A DNA stretch of 64,000 bases from an uncultured Nitrososphaeraceae archaeon (GCA_963825865.1 CAWGVG010000026.1:128001-192000), one strand, 5' to 3'. Positions 1 to 11,894 are shown, counted from the first letter of the stretch. Translations and numbers: made by a program. Notes: generated by a model from the letters alone, not told the origin.

Positions 1-43
1 AAATTCAAGGTATAAACTTAAATCCTTGAGTAGACATTACTAT

Positions 44-285
44 ATTGTCCGGCTAGCCGAAAGAGATGAAAATCCGTCATTCAGATCTGCATAGTAGGTA
101 AAGGCCTGCTATGTTTAAAGAAATGATGTGTTGGCATCATATGAACTATAGGTATTCTGCTAGTCTGAGAGATTTAGCAAATAGTCCAATCGTGTGGTGT
201 TAAGGGCAAACCACAAGGCTGCGTGGAACCTGTGGGCTCAGTCTTGAATGGAAAGCCACATGTCTTCGAGTCTTAGTCGGATAAT
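44..285 (+). ncRNA. Putative large structured ncRNA, copy 1 (unknown family)
   Basis: 13-bp terminal stem (44-56/273-285) and several internal hairpins. Shares motifs GCCGAAAGAGA, AAGGG(C/A)AAACCACA(A/T)GGCTGC and AAGCCACATGTCTTCGAG with 21168-21402. No ORF. Confidence 0.75.
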
Positions 286-364
286 CTTAAATGTATTTTT
301 TGAATCTCGATACAAGAGTCAATATAGATTAATTAACAATAAAAAATTGGGCATAAGGGGTAGC

Positions 365-1493
365 CTAAGGTATTGCTTCTATGCTTGGTTTTTCTCCTCC
401 TATACTCCCTTCTATTATTGTTCCTAACCCTTTATCTTTGAGAACTTCATTCAGAATTGTTAAATCATATATTCCTGATAGATCAGGCCTCTCTTTTCCC
501 TTTGCCAAAAAACCAAGGTTATATGCATCATTTGCTGATTTGAAAAGTGAGACTTTTAACGGATCGTACGTAAATTCTATTCTTGGCCAAGCTTGTTGCA
601 ACTCATCTTCATTAATAGTGTGTCCAGTAAGTTTTTTGAGTTCAATATTGAATGCCTTTATCGCTTCTTCGCTATGACTATTTATCCATATGGTCTCGGT
701 TATATGTGCTGCCAAGTATTTTCTTTATTACATCTGGATTTTGTTGCAAATAATCTGTTCTGGCAACTATATTTGTCGTTACAAACTTACCGCTTGGCCA
801 TAAGTCTCTTTCATCTAGAAGTATTTTTCCATTGGCTTCTTTAACTAGTCTTGCAGCCCAAGGTTCCGGCACCCATGCACCGTCGATCTGTTTCTTTAAA
901 AACAAAACCAGTATGTCTGCATTTTCTGCTGGAATAACTTCAACATTTCCTCCGTTCTCTTTTGTTTTATATCCATTATCCTGCAAATATTTCCGAAGAG
1001 CTACATCTTGTGTATTTCCAAGCTGCGGCGAGGCGAATTTTTTATTTGCAAAATCCTTGGCTGAGTTAATTCCTGAATCATTTCTGACCACAAAAACTGC
1101 CCCTCCACTAGATGCACCTGAAATAATTCTGAGATCTTTTCCTTCAGATACCACATAACCATTGATTGCAGGATTAGGACCAACGTATGCCACATCTATC
1201 CTTTTTGCAATCAAAGCTTCAATCGCTGTAGGACCCGCGTTAAAGGTGTAAGTATGGATTTGTATGTCATTTCCTAAGGCTTTTTGAAAATTATTGTTAC
1301 CTAAACCTATCACAGCTTGAGCGTGATTTATGTTGGGAAAATATCCTATATTCAAAACCTTTATTTTATTACCGCTACTTCCTGTACTATTGTTGTTTAT
1401 AGTCTGTGCAGTCCCTATAGATGGCATGTGAATAATGGCTGCAATCAGGATCATTGACACAAGAGTTATTGTCAACTTTATTTTTGTATCCAT
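365..1493 (-). CDS. ssuA: Aliphatic sulfonate/nitrate-type ABC transporter substrate-binding protein (frameshift near 700)
   Basis: Signal anchor, IGYFPNINHAQA, SPQLGNTQD and WVPEPW motifs; ORFs 678..1493 and 365..715 join. Confidence 0.85.
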
Positions 1494-1538
1494 TGGTGTT
1501 AGTGAAAACGATATTCACTGAATATTATTGCTACCACA

Positions 1539-1594
1539 TATGCAGTTTTTGAGTTTTATATGCAAACCTATGCCAGTTAACTGGAGATTATGCA
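1539..1594. promoter_or_regulatory. Phased TATGC(A) boxes and palindrome CCAGTTAACTGG upstream of ssuA
   Basis: TATGC at 1539, 1559, 1569 and 1589; perfect palindrome 1573-1584; minus-strand TATAAAA at 1554-1560. Confidence 0.4.
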
Positions 1595-2409
1595 CGTTTC
1601 AACATATATTTCAATTTCAAATTCAAAAATATGAGATGGCTGCACTTCATGTTTTACACAAATCCCATAGCGCTTGTTAAAAAATCCATCAGTAATCAAT
1701 AAAGGCTTTTTCAGCAAACAATGCATCTATTCCTTTAATAGGATATGGAGAAGCAGTTGTATGGTTTATTTTTTCCTCGAGCGGTATCATTTATCACTAT
1801 AGAACCAAAAGAAAAAGTACCCGCAAGCCCATTGCTATCAAAACAGCGCCAATAGCATTGGAATTTTTGATTTCTTGCTATAATGCAAGAATGCAAGCAT
1901 AATACCAGCAAAAGGTCGTTTATCTTTTTCTTCCATGACATAATAGCGGTAAATATCCTAATTAACGGCAGTTACAATAGCTCCTTGCTCTTGATGTCTC
2001 ATCATATCTACTTTAAACTGTTTGATTATGTATAATTTCTGTAGATGCTTGGTAGAATAAGAATTAGAAGAGGCTTAAGAAGATCCTCTGTTCATTTAAT
2101 AACTGGAGCAGGATTCATAACACGATGGTTCATCGATGATGAAAGAAACATTGCACATTTTGACTGAAATGAGTGGATCAATTATAACAAGTGTTACTAA
2201 TGATTAGTAAAATTAATAAGCAAAACGCAGATGAAGGATCGCATAAGACCATAGAAGATTAAATTTATAGAATAGAGAATCAGTTTTCGAATAACTACCT
2301 ACGAAGCCTATATTCTGTAATCAGACTGTGAGACGTTCCATATGATGTATAGAGGTTCTCCAGAGATGATTCTCCAGTTAAATTATAACTATGATGGTTG
2401 ACGGATTGG

Positions 2410-3019
2410 CTAGCCTACATAGTCTAATGTGGAACCTCTCTTTGAATGTTCCATTTTTTTAATTTCTTGGAATAATTTGTAAAGATCATTTTGCAATACA
2501 GATCGTAAATTCCTATTATAAATTGCAAGCGGCAGGATGAATAGTTAGAAAGTATTTTTGACCATTTTTCTTTACAATTTTTCCTCGATTTGTAGTAATT
2601 GATTTTCCCCCAAGAATTGAGGAATATGCGGTAGCTCCCAAAATGCAAATGATTTCTGGTGCAATAAGAGAAATTTGTCTATCTAGATAAGGTCTGCATG
2701 CTATGCGTTCATCATCGTCAGGTACCCTGTTAGCAGGTGGTCGACATTTTACAACGTTAGTTATAAATATAAGAGATCTTTGTATTCCTGCTTTTTCTAA
2801 TGCTTCATTTAAAATCTGTCCTGCAGCCCCTACAAACGGCTTTCCCTCATCATCTTCATTTTTACCCGGTGCTTCTCCGATAAACATTAATTTTGCGGAC
2901 AGTTGTCCTTCTCCAGGTACCGCATTTTTTCTACTTCGTGAGAGTTTACAAAGTGGGCAGCCAATGACTTCTGTTGCAATTTTCTCTAACGAGTCGTTTG
3001 GAACATTACGAGTGGCCAT
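2410..3019 (-). CDS. udg: Family 4 uracil-DNA glycosylase (Fe-S), frameshift near C-terminus
   Basis: CPLC, GEAPG, KCRPP.NR and HPAA motifs; shifted frame continues IYNRNLRSVLQNDL to stop at 2410. Confidence 0.9.
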
Positions 3020-3197
3020 TTACCTTGATATGTGTTACATTGCCTGTAAAGATTTTATCTAATATTACTAAGTATACGTCATAAAAATGTGGTATTGTAA
3101 TAAGTGGTCTTTTAGGGATAGTGATTCTTTGCATAATTTAAATCCATGCGATAGATAAACAATGCATTTAATATCATAAGATACAAAGAATGATTTC

Positions 3198-3671
3198 ATG
3201 ACAATCAAAGAACCTTTTAAAATGATTGTATATATTCAGGAATTTGACAAATACGACAGTAATGGTAATTTATTATGTAGAAATACCATGTGTCCCAACC
3301 ATCCCAAATCACCATATAGAAAATACTGCTCTAAGAAATGTAATAAAGATTTTCGACGCTGGTATTATCATAATTTTTATTGGGAGCGTATTAGATCAGA
3401 TATTTTCAAACGTGATAATTATACCTGTCAGATCTGCAAAAGAGCTTATCCTTATACATACAGAAGGAAATTTGCAAGATCTAAAAATTTAGAGTGTGAT
3501 CACATCATACCCCGATCACTATATCGACAATTAGGCTACAAATATGATACAATTGAAAACAAAGTTAGAGCGACATTAGACTTCTTCCATAATCATAAAA
3601 ACCTTAGAACCCTTTGCCATGATTGCCATAGACAAGTAACATCAAAATATCTTAGCGGTAAACTCAAGTAA
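3198..3671 (+). CDS. HNH endonuclease family protein
   Basis: RDNYTCQIC, ECDHIIP and NLRTLCHDCH motifs; Cys-rich N-terminus. Confidence 0.85.
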   Translation: MTIKEPFKMIVYIQEFDKYDSNGNLLCRNTMCPNHPKSPYRKYCSKKCNKDFRRWYYHNFYWERIRSDIFKRDNYTCQICKRAYPYTYRRKFARSKNLECDHIIPRSLYRQLGYKYDTIENKVRATLDFFHNHKNLRTLCHDCHRQVTSKYLSGKLK

Positions 3672-4023
3672 TAACGAATACAAGTCAAATGTCAATTGAA
3701 TAGTAAATATCGGTAGTATCAAAAACATCAACAGCGAACAATGCAGCTGGTCACGGTCAAATTATAGTAAATCATGTAATCTGATAGGAATTCGGTTATC
3801 CATTTTTAGTTTAGAACAGTAATATAGAAAATAGCCTCTCCTTCTAAGCATACAAGGAAAAATATATTGAATGAAATTAGAAATGTTAGCAATCATTTCT
3901 ATTTAAAAAAGAGATGAAAGAATTATATATGCGCAGGTGCTCGAGATTTTTCCTGCCTATCTATCTATTCTAAAAAAACAGTTCAGAAGTAAATATGTAT
4001 GTATTATAATATACTGATTGACT

Positions 4024-4052
4024 ATGTTGTGACAGAAAATATGTCACAAAAT
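4024..4052. promoter_or_regulatory. Inverted repeat (operator-like) upstream of oligoendopeptidase F
   Basis: TTGTGACA-N7-TGTCACAA perfect 8-bp arms (10/11 when extended). Confidence 0.4.
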
Positions 4053-4101
4053 CGAAAAAAACATAGGTATAATTGGTTGTAAAAGTCAGTTATGACTATC
4101 T

Positions 4102-5911
4102 ATGGCTATATATGTCAAACCAAAAATTGGATCTTGGAACTTGAGTGACCTTATTAAAGATCCAGCAGGAAATGAATTTCAAGAATTTTTAGAATCTCTT
4201 GAAGAAGATGTAAGGCAACTTGAAAATAAGCGCAAAGACCTTCATGATAATCTTTCGCCAGTAGATTTTGAAAGTATACTCCACTCAATTGAGAAGATAT
4301 CAGAAAATGTCAATATAGCTGGAGGTTATGCTCATTTAAGATATTCAGCTGATACATCCTCCAATGAGGCGGCTGCCCTTGTAACAAAAATGGAAATTTT
4401 AGCATCAGATATAGCCAATAGGTTACTCTTCGTTGATTTATGGTTCAAAAAAGAAATAGATGAAATAAATGCACAACGTTTGATAGAGTCGGTACCTTCT
4501 GACTATAGAGAATATCTTAAACATAAGAGATTACTCGCAAACCACACTTTAACTGAGCCTGAAGAGAAGATCATCAGTACTCTAGAAGTTACTGGAACAA
4601 GTGCCCTTGTCAAGATCTATGATAGAATGACAAGCGGTTTTGAATATGTAGTGACTATTAAAAAAGGTAAGAGAGTAATCAAGAAAATATTTTCCAATAA
4701 AGAAAAGATGCTTTCGCTTATACGTAGCACAAAACCTGAGGAAAGAGAAGCTGCATACATGTCGCTTTTGGAGGTGTACAAAAAAAATAGCGGAGTATTG
4801 GGCGAAATATATCAGAACCTCGTAATTCAATGGCGAGATGAACAAATATCCATGCGTAGATTCAAATCGCCAATTTCTGTTCGAAATCTTTCCAATAACT
4901 TGGACGATGCAACAGTAGAAACACTGCTTTCTGTATGTAGAAGAAACGCGATAGTTTTCCAAGATTATTTTAAAGAAAAAGCAAAGATGCTTGATGTTAA
5001 AAAACTCCAGAGATATCATCTATATGCTCCTTTATCGTTAAAAACATCTGATCAAAAAAAATTTGCTTATACTAAAGCGGCGGATATTGTCCTCAAAACA
5101 TTTGATGATTTCGATCCATTATTCAGAGAATTTGCTGAACGAGTCTTTAATGAACAACATGTGGATTCTGAAATTAGAAATAATAAACAAGGGGGAGCTT
5201 TTTGTTCAACAATATCGCCTAAAAGAACTCCATATGTTTTATTAAATTTTGATGGTAAGTCTAGAGACGTCTCTACAATGGCGCATGAGTTTGGTCATGC
5301 TATACACAGTATGGCAGCTTCCGATAAACCGATAACTGTATTTCATGCCCATCTTCCATTAGCAGAGACTGCGTCAGTATTTGCAGAAATGCTTTTGCAT
5401 GACAAGTTGTCTAAAAGAATTACAAGAAAAGAGCGCAAGATACTACTGGCGGAACAAATAGACGATATGTATGCTACAATAATGCGACAGGCATACTTTA
5501 CTCTCTTTGAAATAAATGCACATCATGCAATTGCAGACCAGAATGCAACAATAGACAAAGTTTCTCAACTGTATCTAAATAATTTGAATGAGCAGTTTGG
5601 TAATTCAGTAATTATCTCTCCAAATTTTCAATGGGAATGGGTTTATATTCCACATTTTTACCATACCCCATTCTATTGCTATGCATATTCATTTGGAAAC
5701 TTGCTAGTATTGTCATTATACCAGCAGTTTAAGATGGAAGGAAAAAAATCTTTTATCTCAAAATATTTTAAAATACTCTCATCTGGAGGTTCACGAAAAC
5801 CTGAAGAGTTGCTTAAGGAAGCGGGAGTTGATATTTCAAAAGATGAATTCTGGCAACGAGGGTTTGAATTTAGTTGCAAATAAAATACAAGAGTTAAAAG
5901 AGATGAATTAG
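4102..5911 (+). CDS. pepF: M3 family oligoendopeptidase F
   Basis: HEFGH zinc motif, AETAS and HFYHTPFYCYAY; terminal frameshift extends to stop at 5911. Confidence 0.9.
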
Positions 5912-6018
5912 CTATCTTGAAGTTGGGATAGAAAAGTCGAATGTATTTTATAAGCGAGCATTTAACAAAAATATTTTGCAGATATAAAACCCTTTTTAAT
6001 TAATATATTAACTCAAAT

Positions 6019-7369
6019 TCAAGAGGGAACTATTCTATATATGGTTCCACTATATGTAAGAACATATAGATATCCATCATCAGGCCCAACTTGTATATCT
6101 GTAATAACGCCAAATCCACTTCCAAATACATTATTATCTTGAAGTTCATCTGGGGTATTTGCAACCTTATCTGAAAGCAGGCCAGTAAGATCTAATCCTG
6201 TTCTCTCCTGGTCTAATTTAAAATTGAATAGATTGCCGGTGTTGACGTCTCCTACAAACATACTATTTTCATATTGTTTGCCCAATTTATCAGAATTAAG
6301 GAACTTGAGTGCGGTAGGGCCATCAGTTTGTAGCCATGTAAACTCTGGAGATTTGTATTTGGCTTTGTTTCCAAAGTCTACCAGGTTATCAGGAGATTGA
6401 AAAATAGGTCCAGGGGACCCTCCACGAGCTTGCCACAGGCCCTGCACCTGCTGCCACCCACTATTGAATCCCGGTTCTACAAGGTTAATTTCATCCCCAT
6501 AAGTTGCTCCATTTTCTGTATCCCACAGTTTACCAGTTGCAGGATCAAAGTCCATACCAAAACTGTTGCGTATTCCATAAGCATAGTATTTATTTAAAAT
6601 GGGGTCTTCATCATTACCCAGGGGGCTATTTGGTACTACTGCATCACCATCCTGTGTAACTCTAAGAATACCACTTGTACCATCAAGGGGGGTTCCATCT
6701 TTTACATTTTGGGCTTGACCTTTGTGACCTCCAACGTCGCCAATACCAACATACACGTTGCTATCCGGACCAATCACGACTTTGCCGCCAACGTGATTAT
6801 TTTCAGCAGGAGGAGATGGATCAGGTGAAGTCGCTGGAAGGATTAAAAGTAATTTCGGGTTGATAAGCTGGTTATCTACCAGTTCGTATCGGTAAAGATG
6901 GTTAACCATGGATTGTGTATTATTTTCTTCCGTTACTCCGCTACCTTCTCCACCATTATTACTCTCAGGCTCAGTATAATACAAGAATACATAGGTAACA
7001 GGACGTTCATGTGATTTTTCATTCTTCGCAACAGCAATTCCTAGCATACCCCATTCTACTTGCTCTCCAACATTCACATGAAGTAGAGGCTGAGGGAGCA
7101 TTTGTCCATTTACAATTCTCTGTACTGTACCAGAATCTTTCTGTAAAACCAGAATATCGTTAGTACCCTAAAAATGCCATGCTTGTAGCGAGTCGAAGTC
7201 CTGTAAAGACCACCTCTGCTTTTAGATTGGGATCATTGATAGTTGGGCCTTGAGCAGATGGGATAGCCTTGGTATAAGCAGCATAAGCAAAATAATTTCC
7301 AGCTTGTATAAAAGAAGTCATGACGAGTGTTGTAACAATTAGAATCAATGTAGAATGTAAGAACAGCAC
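6019..7369 (-). CDS. PQQ-dependent glucose/sorbosone dehydrogenase family protein (frameshift near 7160)
   Basis: Signal peptide; NHVGG, YGIRNSFGMDFDP and ENG...DEIN motifs. Confidence 0.85.
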
Positions 7370-7554
7370 GCATATTATCTTCGTAGCCTTACCTATTTAT
7401 AATATTCGCAACATTAGTATCTATAATGCTTACTAATTATAATCCTATTAATAAATTAGAATGTTATTATAGTAGCATACAAGAGTTTTTCTTCTCACAA
7501 TCAAGCATAGTTTCATTACATTTAACTGGTTATAATTTCCTAGCGTATTAGAGA

Positions 7555-8224
7555 TTACTGGCCTTTTTGGAATATTTTTACACATTGTGGAGGACATACA
7601 TTTTCACAGGCCATGCAGAATATACAATCTTTTTCTCTAATCATAAATGGTTTCTTTTCCGATGCTGGATGTCCCGGTGTATCTAACCACTCATATACAT
7701 TTACTGGACAGGCTTCAATGCATGCACCATCTGCTACACATATGTCAAAATCTACACATACTTCTGTACCCCATATACCTAACTGACCCGGTGGATTTAT
7801 TGGACCCCATACTTTTATGTCCTTAAAGGTGCCTGTTACCTGCCTCTTTGACTTGAAATTTTGATCAATAGGACCATCAACCTTTGAATAATCGGTACCA
7901 GTTCCAGTAAGAGAAATAGTTGTATTATCGCCACTACCGCTACTACCACTACTGGCACCTGCCGCAAGTGAGGGAGCAGCCGGTTGCGCTCGCAACAGCT
8001 GGAGGGGAAGGAGCTGTCGCAATTGATGTTGTGACGGATGGTTTTTGAACCGATGCCGCTTGTTTTGGTGTAGCCGGGACAGCCTGCGCAGCCATTGATT
8101 TCTGTCTTGTGACTATACATAATTGTTTATGAACATCCTTCATACTTTCGAGTGTATTTTGATTACTATGTAGCAGAAGACATCCACAATCTTGGCAAAC
8201 ATATTCATTTAAAGTTGAAGACAT
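7555..8224 (-). CDS. Zfx-type dicluster ferredoxin with N-terminal CxxC/HxxxC domain and Ala/Pro/Ser linker (frameshift near 7980)
   Basis: [31 protein letters not shown] and [12 protein letters not shown] motifs. Confidence 0.85.
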
Positions 8225-8618
8225 AAGATATTATTAACATCCAGTTATTTATCAATTTTTTGTATAAAAAATGCTGTTTCGAGCAAGTATAAATGCCCTA
8301 ACATACAATGAGATTCTGTTTAGAGAAGAAATTATATGATATATTAATAATGTACACAAATTGACAAAATGCCGCTGATGATATCTATCATTGAAAAACA
8401 TTGCAATTCCTTATCTAGGAGAAAAGCTGACTCGAAAGAAAGAGTGGTTGAAATTATTAGAGGAAATCCTCTAAAAAATCAGCACTTAATATTTAGAATC
8501 AAGACACCAAGATTGTTTGTATTTATGGCTAATAATACTGATAATAAATTTAAAGACAATACAATTAACAAAAAGGTCCTCGTATAATAATCGACTCTTA
8601 CAACTTGGTGGTTAAAAC

Positions 8619-9320
8619 TTGTCAGGCCTGGGTCTGAGATACTGGTGGGAAGTAATAGAAGTGCTACGCCTCGTAATTCCAGTTTACGATAAAGTAAACA
8701 ATGCAATTTCTTTAGGTAAGGATTCCCAATTTCGTCTGCATGGCATTCAGGGCCGTATTTTTTCTGGTAACACGATACTAGATGCCGGTTCCGGTTATGG
8801 AAATATGTCTCGTGTTGCGCTGGGCGAAGCAAAAGGTGACGCGAAGATCATCATGTACGATCCAATACCAGAGATGCTTGCCAATATAAATAAACTTTTT
8901 GGGTCTAACGTACCAGGATATCTATCCTCCGGAGTTTTTGAATATATGCCATTTCAACAGAACACTTTCGACGTTGTAATGTGTGGTTATTCACTGCGTG
9001 ATGCAATTGAACTTAAGCAAGCAATTGCAGAAATGCATAGGGTGTTAAAACAAGGAGGAAGATTAATTATTGTTGATCTTGGCAAGCCAGATAACCTTGT
9101 TCTTAGAGCATTTGTTTCATTTTACTTAAGGTATATACTCGGAATAGTTGCTTTTATGGTGGCGGGAAAAGTAGGACTACAATTCAAAACACTTTACGGC
9201 ACTTACAGGAGATGGCCAAAAAACTCTGGTCTTTATACACTGCTCAATGAAAAATTTTCGAAGGTAGTATTTCACAAAATGATGATGGGTGGCGCCATTA
9301 TTGTTGTCGCATATAAATAG
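8619..9320 (+). CDS. UbiE/MenG-like class I SAM methyltransferase
   Basis: YDKVN..ISLG, LDAGSGYG and EMHRVLK.GG motifs. Confidence 0.85.
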   Translation: MSGLGLRYWWEVIEVLRLVIPVYDKVNNAISLGKDSQFRLHGIQGRIFSGNTILDAGSGYGNMSRVALGEAKGDAKIIMYDPIPEMLANINKLFGSNVPGYLSSGVFEYMPFQQNTFDVVMCGYSLRDAIELKQAIAEMHRVLKQGGRLIIVDLGKPDNLVLRAFVSFYLRYILGIVAFMVAGKVGLQFKTLYGTYRRWPKNSGLYTLLNEKFSKVVFHKMMMGGAIIVVAYK

Positions 9321-9676
9321 CATTACAACTAAAAGAAATTGGCTAGTAGGGGCAGTTAGTTGGTATCGTCAAATCCTAAAGATAGGATATTTTCGATGTA
9401 CTTATAAAAAAAGGATGCTCCTTCGCGCCTGGCAGCTGACAAAAGAGATGCGGCTATATTTAGGAGCTAGAGAAATCAGTAATAAACCCATTTTGTATAT
9501 ATATCTATATATATTATATGTGGATAATTTAAAAATCGATAGGCTAAGAGAAAGCATCACTCCCCAACAAATCGCGCCTTACAATCTTGCACTTATTACA
9601 ATATTGACAAAAGATAATTCAATACTCAAAATATTTTGTCAGTCACAAACTTAAGGATTTTCCAAACAATCAAAGA

Positions 9677-9952
9677 ATGAATTGGTTCAAAGATAGTAAC
9701 GGACACATTTTAGAATCTAAAAACAGGATGCATAGGCTGTTGTATTGTCCACTATGTCAAAAACTAATATTCAAAGCAAACTGTCAAAAATTAAGGCAAG
9801 ACAAACGGGGAAATCTCTATAAAGTCAAACGTTATCATTATGATAAATTATCCAAGCTAGAACGTGCAGAAATTAAAGAACAAAGAGAAGGAAAAAGATT
9901 GCAGGAATTACCCAGTATTGAATTGAGCAAAATAATAAGGCATATTCTTTAA
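9677..9952 (+). CDS. Small basic hypothetical protein with CxxC
   Basis: 91-aa ORF containing YCPLCQK. Confidence 0.55.
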   Translation: MNWFKDSNGHILESKNRMHRLLYCPLCQKLIFKANCQKLRQDKRGNLYKVKRYHYDKLSKLERAEIKEQREGKRLQELPSIELSKIIRHIL

Positions 9953-10229
9953 AGCACATCTGTCTGTCTTTCTATCTATATCTATTTTCTTACACAATAA
10001 AGTATGAATGAAGTTTGCATGTATGATATCCTTTAAGCGATTACACTAATTAAAATAATATTTTATCTGTTTACCTAATAGAGAACAAAAAAATAGTAGA
10101 GAATAGTTTTAGCAAAGGACGCTATCTGATTCAAAATAAAGCAATGTTGGGTAAAAGAATGTGCTTTTTTTATGGACAAGCTATTTAGTATATATTTGGT
10201 TGATGTAATGACATTGACTAGGTAAAAGG

Positions 10230-11159
10230 ATCACGACTGATATTCTTAATGTTGAGCTACATTGTCATAATATTTTTTCTAATTATCGGAACGGATCATC
10301 CCGTATTCCATTTGACTGTGGTGTCAGTATAGAAGAGCAATTAGAGATGGCTTTGAAGAGAAAAATTGATGTGCTATTCGTCACCAATCATAATACTCTC
10401 GATGGTTACCGGCAGGTGCTTGACTATCAAAAGGACCATTACAAATTAAGGAACATCAAAATTTACCCGGCGGAAGAAATTACGATAGATAACCAAGGCC
10501 ATGTCCTTGCATATGGTATTACTGAACAAATAAAATCTGGAATGACGCTCGAAGAGACTTTGGATGAGATAAAATGTCAAAATGCTATTTCTTGTGCAGC
10601 TCACCCATTTGCAGTTACTAATGGCATACGCGAAATGGCATCAAAGTGTAATATGATAGAGTCATTTAACAGCAACAATGTCGATCTTTTTTCAAACGTT
10701 GTAGCAGAAATTTTTGCAAAATATAATAATATACCAACGGTTGCAGGTAGCGATTCCCATATTGTACCAACCATTGGTAGATGTATTAACACTATCGAGT
10801 CAGAATGTAGCCTCGATTCAATTTTGCAAAGTATGCGTCGTGGTAAAGTTAGGATTGCTAGCGCAAATTATGCCTCAAAAGATGAGCTTTATCAACATGC
10901 ACACTACATACTCTCTAATTCTAAAGATTTACTCCTTTGCTACGCTTTGGAGCATCACCCGCGAGCTTATTGGGCTCTAAAATGGGCTCTGAACTCTTAT
11001 TCAACAAATCCTTATAGAAGATTTTGGAAAGCCCTTGGAACATTCACACTATACCTGACAAAAAGAGCTTCTGAAAAGGTCAATGTCAAAGGCTACAATC
11101 CACATGTTTTTGAACAAAGATCTTGGCGGACATTAATTTCCATGAGCCTTGTTCCGTAG
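10230..11159 (+). CDS. PHP domain metal-dependent phosphoesterase
   Basis: In-frame upstream extension contains ELHCHN (HxH motif); also TNHN, AHPF and GSDSH. Confidence 0.85.
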   Translation: MTTDILNVELHCHNIFSNYRNGSSRIPFDCGVSIEEQLEMALKRKIDVLFVTNHNTLDGYRQVLDYQKDHYKLRNIKIYPAEEITIDNQGHVLAYGITEQIKSGMTLEETLDEIKCQNAISCAAHPFAVTNGIREMASKCNMIESFNSNNVDLFSNVVAEIFAKYNNIPTVAGSDSHIVPTIGRCINTIESECSLDSILQSMRRGKVRIASANYASKDELYQHAHYILSNSKDLLLCYALEHHPRAYWALKWALNSYSTNPYRRFWKALGTFTLYLTKRASEKVNVKGYNPHVFEQRSWRTLISMSLVP

Positions 11160-11310
11160 GTTTTCTACTTGTTTAATCCTATTCCTTCTATCATGGAAAA
11201 GCCATTTTGTCACTAAAATTATTCCAAAAATCGGAAAACTTGCTATAAATAAGTACGGAAAAATAGCAACGTATATCGAAGGATCAAATATGCTCACTAG
11301 TAATCAACAC

Positions 11311-11553
11311 CTAAACAATTTCTGCTGTAGCGAAAGTGCTTCCTATCTGTGTTATCTTGACCCTGACGCTCTGTCCTACTTGTCCATTCTTTACAAAGAC
11401 TACAAATCCTTGTATCCTTGCAATACCGTCTCCTTTTCTACTGATTTCTGTAATCTGTACCTCATATTCTTTCCCTGTTTCAACAGGTTTTGGATCGGAA
11501 TCTCTATTTAGACTACCAGTCCTTCTTTGTTCATAACTCATATATAAGTTCAA
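11311..11553 (-). CDS. TRAM domain RNA-binding (cold-shock-like) protein
   Basis: PKPVETGKEYEVQITEISRKGDGIARIQGFVVFV. Confidence 0.9.
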   Translation of the reverse strand: MNLYMSYEQRRTGSLNRDSDPKPVETGKEYEVQITEISRKGDGIARIQGFVVFVKNGQVGQSVRVKITQIGSTFATAEIV

Positions 11554-11894
11554 AAATGTTGGCTGGTCATTCCCAATATAAACTCTGAATAATTTTGATT
11601 ATTATTATTATTAGTCGCTGCTTTATAAGTTATATATACATGCGCAAGTATATGATGATGATGGCGACTTATTTGACTCACTCTCTCTCTTAATGCTCAT
11701 TAATAAATGAATAGGAAAACAGGAAGTTCCAGTTATTGTTATAATATATGAGCTCTTTAAGATAAAAGCGACATTGTGTTGCTGTAGTAATTAAATGACT
11801 AATAAATACTTGTAAATAATTTAAACTAAAAAACTAAGAATAAAATTGAAATTTGAAGTACAGAAGCATTATAGACAAACATTATAGTCTACAG

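Noticed and set aside
44-285. RNase P RNA or cobalamin/c-di-GMP riboswitch identity for the repeated RNA
   Set aside because: GATGAAAATCC only loosely resembles GAGGAAAGTCC and the 3' P4 partner is missing. No B12 box or GEMM second stem is seen, and there is no downstream gene in cis.
3198-3671. HNH protein as a homing endonuclease or partner of the ncRNA
   Set aside because: No intron, intein or IS ends flank it, it is 2.9 kb from copy 1, and none lies near copy 2.
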